The position numbers were made by a program, and so were the translations under genes. The notes under the pieces are model-generated. The model worked only from the letters and a program-made list of their open reading frames with translations. It did no database searches and was not told the origin of the DNA. This document shows, in pieces, positions 59,713-64,000 of a stretch of DNA of 64,000 bases. This stretch comes from Myxococcales bacterium (GTDB lineage Bacteria > Myxococcota_A > UBA9160 > UBA4427), in contig JADFNE010000015.1 in the NCBI GenBank assembly GCA_022563535.1, positions 1,305 to 65,304 on the forward strand, in the 5' to 3' direction. The stretch's first letter is position 1; every line of letters begins with the position of its first letter.

Positions 59713-61523
59713 ATTTTGGATCCGGTAGCGCGCGTTGGACGTCAGGCATCGCCGGGGTTGCACTCGGCCGTCTCGGGACGGCATTGCTCGCAACCCTAAT
59801 GCTTTCATGCCAGACCATGAGTGCCTCCGATGCGCCGTCGGTGGATGCAGGCGAGCAGACCGAGGCACCCCCCGCTCCCCCAGCGACTGTGGCAGCGGCG
59901 ATCCTGCCTCCGGTCAATCACAACACCCATTCGCTCGTCGATGTTCTCACGACCGATACGGAGTCTCGCTTCGACATCCACGTCAACGGCGCTCCGGGCG
60001 CCTCGTTCTTTCTCAGCCTGGTCGAGAACACGTCCTATAGCGTTGTGCTTCATCCTGACATCACGGGTGAGATCACCCTTTCGCTCAGCGACGCCACCTT
60101 GACCGAAGTGCTGGCGGCCGTCAGGAATGTCTACGGCTATGACATCCAGCGCGATGGCCAGCGCATTTACGTGATGCCCGCCGGCTTGCGAACCGAGATC
60201 TTCGAACTCAACTACCTGAATCTCGAGCGGCGGGGGCAATCTCAGACTTGGGTGAGTTCTGGTCAGATCTCGGACAAGATCGAAGGAGGCAACTCCGATT
60301 TTGGGTCGGGTGGCGGGACGAGCGGTTCGAATGCTTCACCGAGGTTCAACTCGGGCAGCAGTATCTCGACCAGCAATGGCTCGAATATCTGGCGTGAACT
60401 CATACAGAGTGTTTCTTCGATCATCGGGAACGGCGAGGGTCGTTCCGTGGTGACGAACCCCAATGCGGGGTTGATCGTCGTGCGGGCAATGCCGCGGGAA
60501 TTGCGGGATGTCGGGAACTATTTGAGCAGGGTTGAGGAGTCTCTGAACCGACAGGTGATCATCGAGGCGAGAATTCTCGAAGTGACGCTCAGCGACGCAT
60601 ACCAGGCGGGTATCAATTGGTCACAGTTGGTCGACAAGGACGGCTTCGAGACCACCATCAGCCAAACCGGTGGTGGAACGACCTTCGATACCGGGGTGTC
60701 GGACAACGCCGGGAACACGGGCAACCTTCACCCGAGCGCAGCGACTTTGGCAGCTGCGGGAATTCTGGACACCGTTGCGGCGTCTTCGTTCGGCGGAATC
60801 TTTAGCGTCGCAATCCAGGCCAGCCACTTCACCGCCCTGATCGAATTGTTGGAAAATCAAGGCGAGGTTCGAACCCTCTCGAATCCGCGCATTTCTACGA
60901 TGAACAATCAAAAGGCCATCATCAAGGTGGGCCAGGACGAATTTTTTGTAACGGATGTCTCCACTACGACGGTAACCGGGGGGGCTGGCAGCACGTCTAG
61001 TCCCAACATCACATTGACACCGTTCTTTTCTGGAATCGCGCTCGACGTCACCCCACAAATCAGTCGCGACAACACAGTTGTTCTGCACATCCACCCATCG
61101 GTCAGCCAGGTCACGGATCAAACCAAGACGATAACCCTCAACGACGAGGTGCAGGTACTGCCTCTCGCACTGAGTACGATCCGGGAGTCGGACAGCATCG
61201 TCCGAGCGCACAGCGGTCAGGTCGTTGTGATTGGTGGATTGATGCAGGACCTCAGGAGCGAGCGCGATTCAAAGGTCCCATTCCTCGGCAACATTCCAAT
61301 TCTCGGCAGGTTGTTCAAACAAGAGAAGAACATAAGCCGCAAGAGTGAGTTGGTGATCCTCCTGCGACCGATCGTCGTCGGCGCGGAGACCTGGGGGGAC
61401 TACGCGGGTTCAATCACAAGATCAATCGACTCTCTGTCCCGTGACCCGTCCAATCGATCGGGCACGGTGGGCTTTGATCCGCGTCCGCCCTATTCGTCGC
61501 CAGCCGAATTCAAGGAGTACTAG
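59709..61523 (+). CDS. mshL: MSHA secretin MshL (lipoprotein secretin, GspD/PilQ superfamily)
   Basis: Trimmed from 59388 to ATG 59709 (ATGA overlap with mshK). Lipobox LLATLMLSC. Secretin C-domain VVIGGLMQD..VPFLGNIPILGRLFK..SELVILLRP. Confidence 0.85.
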   Translation: MNFGSGSARWTSGIAGVALGRLGTALLATLMLSCQTMSASDAPSVDAGEQTEAPPAPPATVAAAILPPVNHNTHSLVDVLTTDTESRFDIHVNGAPGASFFLSLVENTSYSVVLHPDITGEITLSLSDATLTEVLAAVRNVYGYDIQRDGQRIYVMPAGLRTEIFELNYLNLERRGQSQTWVSSGQISDKIEGGNSDFGSGGGTSGSNASPRFNSGSSISTSNGSNIWRELIQSVSSIIGNGEGRSVVTNPNAGLIVVRAMPRELRDVGNYLSRVEESLNRQVIIEARILEVTLSDAYQAGINWSQLVDKDGFETTISQTGGGTTFDTGVSDNAGNTGNLHPSAATLAAAGILDTVAASSFGGIFSVAIQASHFTALIELLENQGEVRTLSNPRISTMNNQKAIIKVGQDEFFVTDVSTTTVTGGAGSTSSPNITLTPFFSGIALDVTPQISRDNTVVLHIHPSVSQVTDQTKTITLNDEVQVLPLALSTIRESDSIVRAHSGQVVVIGGLMQDLRSERDSKVPFLGNIPILGRLFKQEKNISRKSELVILLRPIVVGAETWGDYAGSITRSIDSLSRDPSNRSGTVGFDPRPPYSSPAEFKEY

Positions 61524-61527
61524 CCGC

Positions 61528-62418
61528 ATGTACGAGCAGCACTTCGGCCTCAGCGCCATGCCCTTCAATGCAACGCCCGACCCTTCTTTCTACGTAAATC
61601 TTTCGGTTCACCACGCGGCGCTCAATACCTTGGTCGTCGCTCTGCGGAGCGGCGAGGGGATCGTGAAGATCGTAGGCGAGGTCGGGACCGGAAAGAGCAT
61701 GCTGTGCCGAAGACTCTTGAAGGATCTCGGTCCCAAGTTCGTTGCGGCCTACCTGCCCTATCCGGCCTTGAGTCCGATGCACATTCAGCTCGATCTCGCA
61801 GAGGAACTCGGAGTCGTACTGCCCCCCAATGTAACTCCCCATGAACTGCTCAAGTACCTGAAGGAGGTGCTGGTGGACATCCATCAGCAGGGTCGCAGAT
61901 GTGTGATGATCGTCGACGAAGCCCAGACACTGCCCGACGCGACCCTCGAATGCATTCGGCTAATGAGCAATCTCGAAACCCGCACATCCAAATTGCTGCA
62001 GATCGTCCTGGTGGGTCAGCCCGAGCTGGATCTGAGGATCGAACAACCTCGCATGCGGCAACTGCAGCAACGGATCGCCTTTGCCCACAGATTAAACTCG
62101 ATCGACAAGAGAACGACGGACGCCTATACCCGCCGCCGCCTTTCGATCGCTGGCTATGAGGGCGGTCGGCTGTTTTCGCCGTGGGCGCTTGGCGCAATTC
62201 ATCGATCGAGTGGGGGAATCCCTCGAATCATCAATACCCTTTGCCACAAATCCATGATTTGCGCGTTCGGAAGAGGGGATGACACGATTCGTCATCTGCA
62301 TGCGCGCAAGGCCGCCGCCGACAGTGAGGGCGTGCAAAGGTGGCGACGTCTCACAAGACGAAAGTGGCGCCGCAGGTCGATCGCGCTCGAGGATGCCGCG
62401 CCGCGGATCACTCCATAA
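61528..62418 (+). CDS. mshM: MSHA biogenesis ATPase MshM (ExeA-like AAA)
   Basis: MYEQHFGLSAMPFNATPDPSFY opening, Walker A GEVGTGKSM and Walker B CVMIVDEAQ. Trimmed from 61441 to the verified ATG at 61528. Confidence 0.8.
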   Translation: MYEQHFGLSAMPFNATPDPSFYVNLSVHHAALNTLVVALRSGEGIVKIVGEVGTGKSMLCRRLLKDLGPKFVAAYLPYPALSPMHIQLDLAEELGVVLPPNVTPHELLKYLKEVLVDIHQQGRRCVMIVDEAQTLPDATLECIRLMSNLETRTSKLLQIVLVGQPELDLRIEQPRMRQLQQRIAFAHRLNSIDKRTTDAYTRRRLSIAGYEGGRLFSPWALGAIHRSSGGIPRIINTLCHKSMICAFGRGDDTIRHLHARKAAADSEGVQRWRRLTRRKWRRRSIALEDAAPRITP

Positions 62419-62486
62419 ACGAGTAGATCAATTCAAGCGATCGGACCCAAAGGGCCGTCGCACGGTCAGAGAAAGGACGCAATTCG

Positions 62487-63920
62487 ATGAGTTTGGTCAA
62501 CGACTTGCTCGAAGATTTCTACCAACGACGGGTTTCGCCGGACAAAAACCCGGAGAGTCCCCTGGCAAACATCGAAGTTCCCCGGCGCGAGCTGGCTTTC
62601 AAGAAGGGAGCAAGGGTTCAGCCCAAGTTCAATTCGACTTCCCGAATTGTGATCGGTCTGGTCGCACTGACTTGCCTGGCGGTGATCGCTCTCGAAGTGG
62701 TGCTCCGCCTCAGCCCAGACATCGAGACGAACGCGACGCCCGATGTGAGCGCACGGCCTCCTGATCACTTTGGTGCAATGGGATCTCCCCTCGGTTCGGG
62801 CGCGAACGAGCCCTTCGCCGATTCTCGAGCCCTCGCTTTCGACGCCGGAGTCGATTCACTCGCCGCGCCCAAGATCGCCGCCCAGGATTGGGCCGAACTG
62901 ACAGGCACCAGCATCGAGTCGAGCGGGGACTACACCCGGCTGCGAATATTTTTGAGTCGAGAACGCGAATACTGGATTCAGGGCGATCCCACCGTCGGTG
63001 AGATCGAAATCGTGATCACGAAGACGCGACTCGCGGAAGCTTTCCTGCCGAACGCATTCGAAACGTCTGGCCTGAGCTTGAAAGAAGCACACAACTCGAG
63101 CATTGGCCTGCACCTGCTGTTCAAGCTGGAATCGTCCTCGCTTGTACAGAGCCAGTTCGTGAACGATGGATCCAACCCGCAGCTGATTCTGGACATCCTG
63201 TCCGACGCGGCGAACTCCAGCGTCGGCATCAGGGTCGAGGATCTGCCCCATGCGCCCATCGTCGCCGAAGCACCCCGTGAGCCAATCGTTCGCGAAACCG
63301 GCTGGGGAACCATCACGCGGTCACGGCCCCATATCGCCTTGACGACGTCTGAAGCTCATCGATCACTTGATCGCGCGCGGCACCTGGTTGCCCAGAATCG
63401 CGCGGAAGAGGCGATCGTCGAATATATCCGGGCACTCTCGTTGGAACCGGGTTTGCATCGCGCACGAGAATCCCTGGTCGGTTTGTTGATCGAGTCGGGT
63501 CAGTTGAGCGCCGCAGAGCGGCACCTGGCCATGGGGCTTGAAAACAAGCCCACACATTCCGAATACACACTGCTCCGTGCTCAGTTGCTGGCAGCGATGA
63601 AGCAACCCGACCGGGCGATCGTCATCCTCGAAAGCCTGCCGTTGCCGCCAGAGCGTCGATCCGATGCTTTGAATCTTTTGGCCGCGCTCTATCAACAGAA
63701 AGGAGATCACGGCCGGGCGGAAGCCCTCTTCCGAGGCGCTGTCAGCATCAGCCCGCACGAGGCTCGCCTTTGGATGGGGTTGGGTATCTCGCTCGAAGGA
63801 CAACAGCGCGGGACCGAAGCACTCGCGGTCTACAAGCAAGCCGAGAGTCTTGCGGAGTTTGAGATCGGGCCAAGGCGTTGGTTGCGCAACCGCATCCGCG
63901 ATCTCGCAAAGGTGGAATAG
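62487..63920 (+). CDS. mshN: MSHA biogenesis protein MshN (TPR protein)
   Basis: 477 aa with an N-terminal TM (IVIGLVALTCLAVIALEVV) and C-terminal TPR repeats (AEEAIVEYIRALSLEPGLHRA..). Position is between mshM and mshE. Confidence 0.65.
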   Translation: MSLVNDLLEDFYQRRVSPDKNPESPLANIEVPRRELAFKKGARVQPKFNSTSRIVIGLVALTCLAVIALEVVLRLSPDIETNATPDVSARPPDHFGAMGSPLGSGANEPFADSRALAFDAGVDSLAAPKIAAQDWAELTGTSIESSGDYTRLRIFLSREREYWIQGDPTVGEIEIVITKTRLAEAFLPNAFETSGLSLKEAHNSSIGLHLLFKLESSSLVQSQFVNDGSNPQLILDILSDAANSSVGIRVEDLPHAPIVAEAPREPIVRETGWGTITRSRPHIALTTSEAHRSLDRARHLVAQNRAEEAIVEYIRALSLEPGLHRARESLVGLLIESGQLSAAERHLAMGLENKPTHSEYTLLRAQLLAAMKQPDRAIVILESLPLPPERRSDALNLLAALYQQKGDHGRAEALFRGAVSISPHEARLWMGLGISLEGQQRGTEALAVYKQAESLAEFEIGPRRWLRNRIRDLAKVE

Positions 63921-63929
63921 AAGCGAATC

Positions 63930-64000
63930 ATGCCCCGAAAGAAGGTTCGCATCGGAGAACTACTGGTTCAGAACGCCGTAATCACTGAAGAACAGTTGAT
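63930..64000 (+). CDS. mshE: MSHA pilus extension ATPase MshE, first 23 codons (runs off the right edge)
   Basis: ATG 63930. MPRKKVRIGELLVQNAVITEEQL begins with the MshEN c-di-GMP-binding motif pattern (R-[LI]-G-x-x-L-[LV]-x-x-[GA]-[LV]-I-x-x-x-x-L). Not in the ORF track because it is truncated. Confidence 0.65.
   Translation, partial: MPRKKVRIGELLVQNAVITEEQL

Overview
High-GC (about 60%) bacterial chromosomal segment that is densely packed and looks like core genome rather than an island. I saw no rRNA, tRNA, CRISPR array, transposase or integrase. All family calls come from motifs I recognise in the translations; no database search was run.

Gene content, left to right:
- A flagellin 5' fragment at the left edge.
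- Housekeeping genes: glutamine amidotransferase (GATase), TrmH-like methyltransferase, SDR epimerase, class I fumarase, Prc protease.
- A small protein with tandem MshEN-like motifs, divergent from an HDOD gene; then BolA.
- A Bacteroidetes-type parE-parC pair, PfkB kinase, DUF2520 protein, Dus, AEC transporter, htpG, metH, asnB.
- A multi-TM MCP, an orphan methyltransferase-like protein and a degenerate CheC-like protein.
- Acyl-CoA dehydrogenase, COG2509 flavoprotein, a PilZ protein, a secreted acidic-repeat protein, glpD.
- An orphan ExeA-like ATPase, amtB-glnK, two F420-type LLM oxidoreductases, an HtrA protease, a Zn-ribbon protein and a 16-repeat Sel1 protein.
- A complete Na+-NQR operon (nqrABCDEF-apbE-nqrM) and a MORN-repeat protein.
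- selD divergent from a SenB-like glycosyltransferase.
- An MSHA-type pilus cluster, mshIJKLMN plus the start of mshE at the right edge.

Most interesting points:
1. selD is itself a selenoprotein. It has an in-frame TGA followed by a SECIS-like hairpin, and the ORF track misses its N-terminus.
2. selD sits head-to-head with a SenB-like selenosugar-synthase candidate, with no SenA/OvsA-type partner in the window.
3. A stand-alone 136-aa protein carries two 24-residue MshEN-type (c-di-GMP receptor) motifs with the canonical 5-residue spacer.
4. An uncharacterised methyltransferase-like gene lies between an atypical MCP and a degenerate CheC.
5. A Sel1-repeat gene is translationally coupled to an F420-family LLM oxidoreductase.

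Many ORF-track entries are N-terminally over-extended, or are long antisense ORFs typical of high-GC DNA. I trimmed or rejected these.
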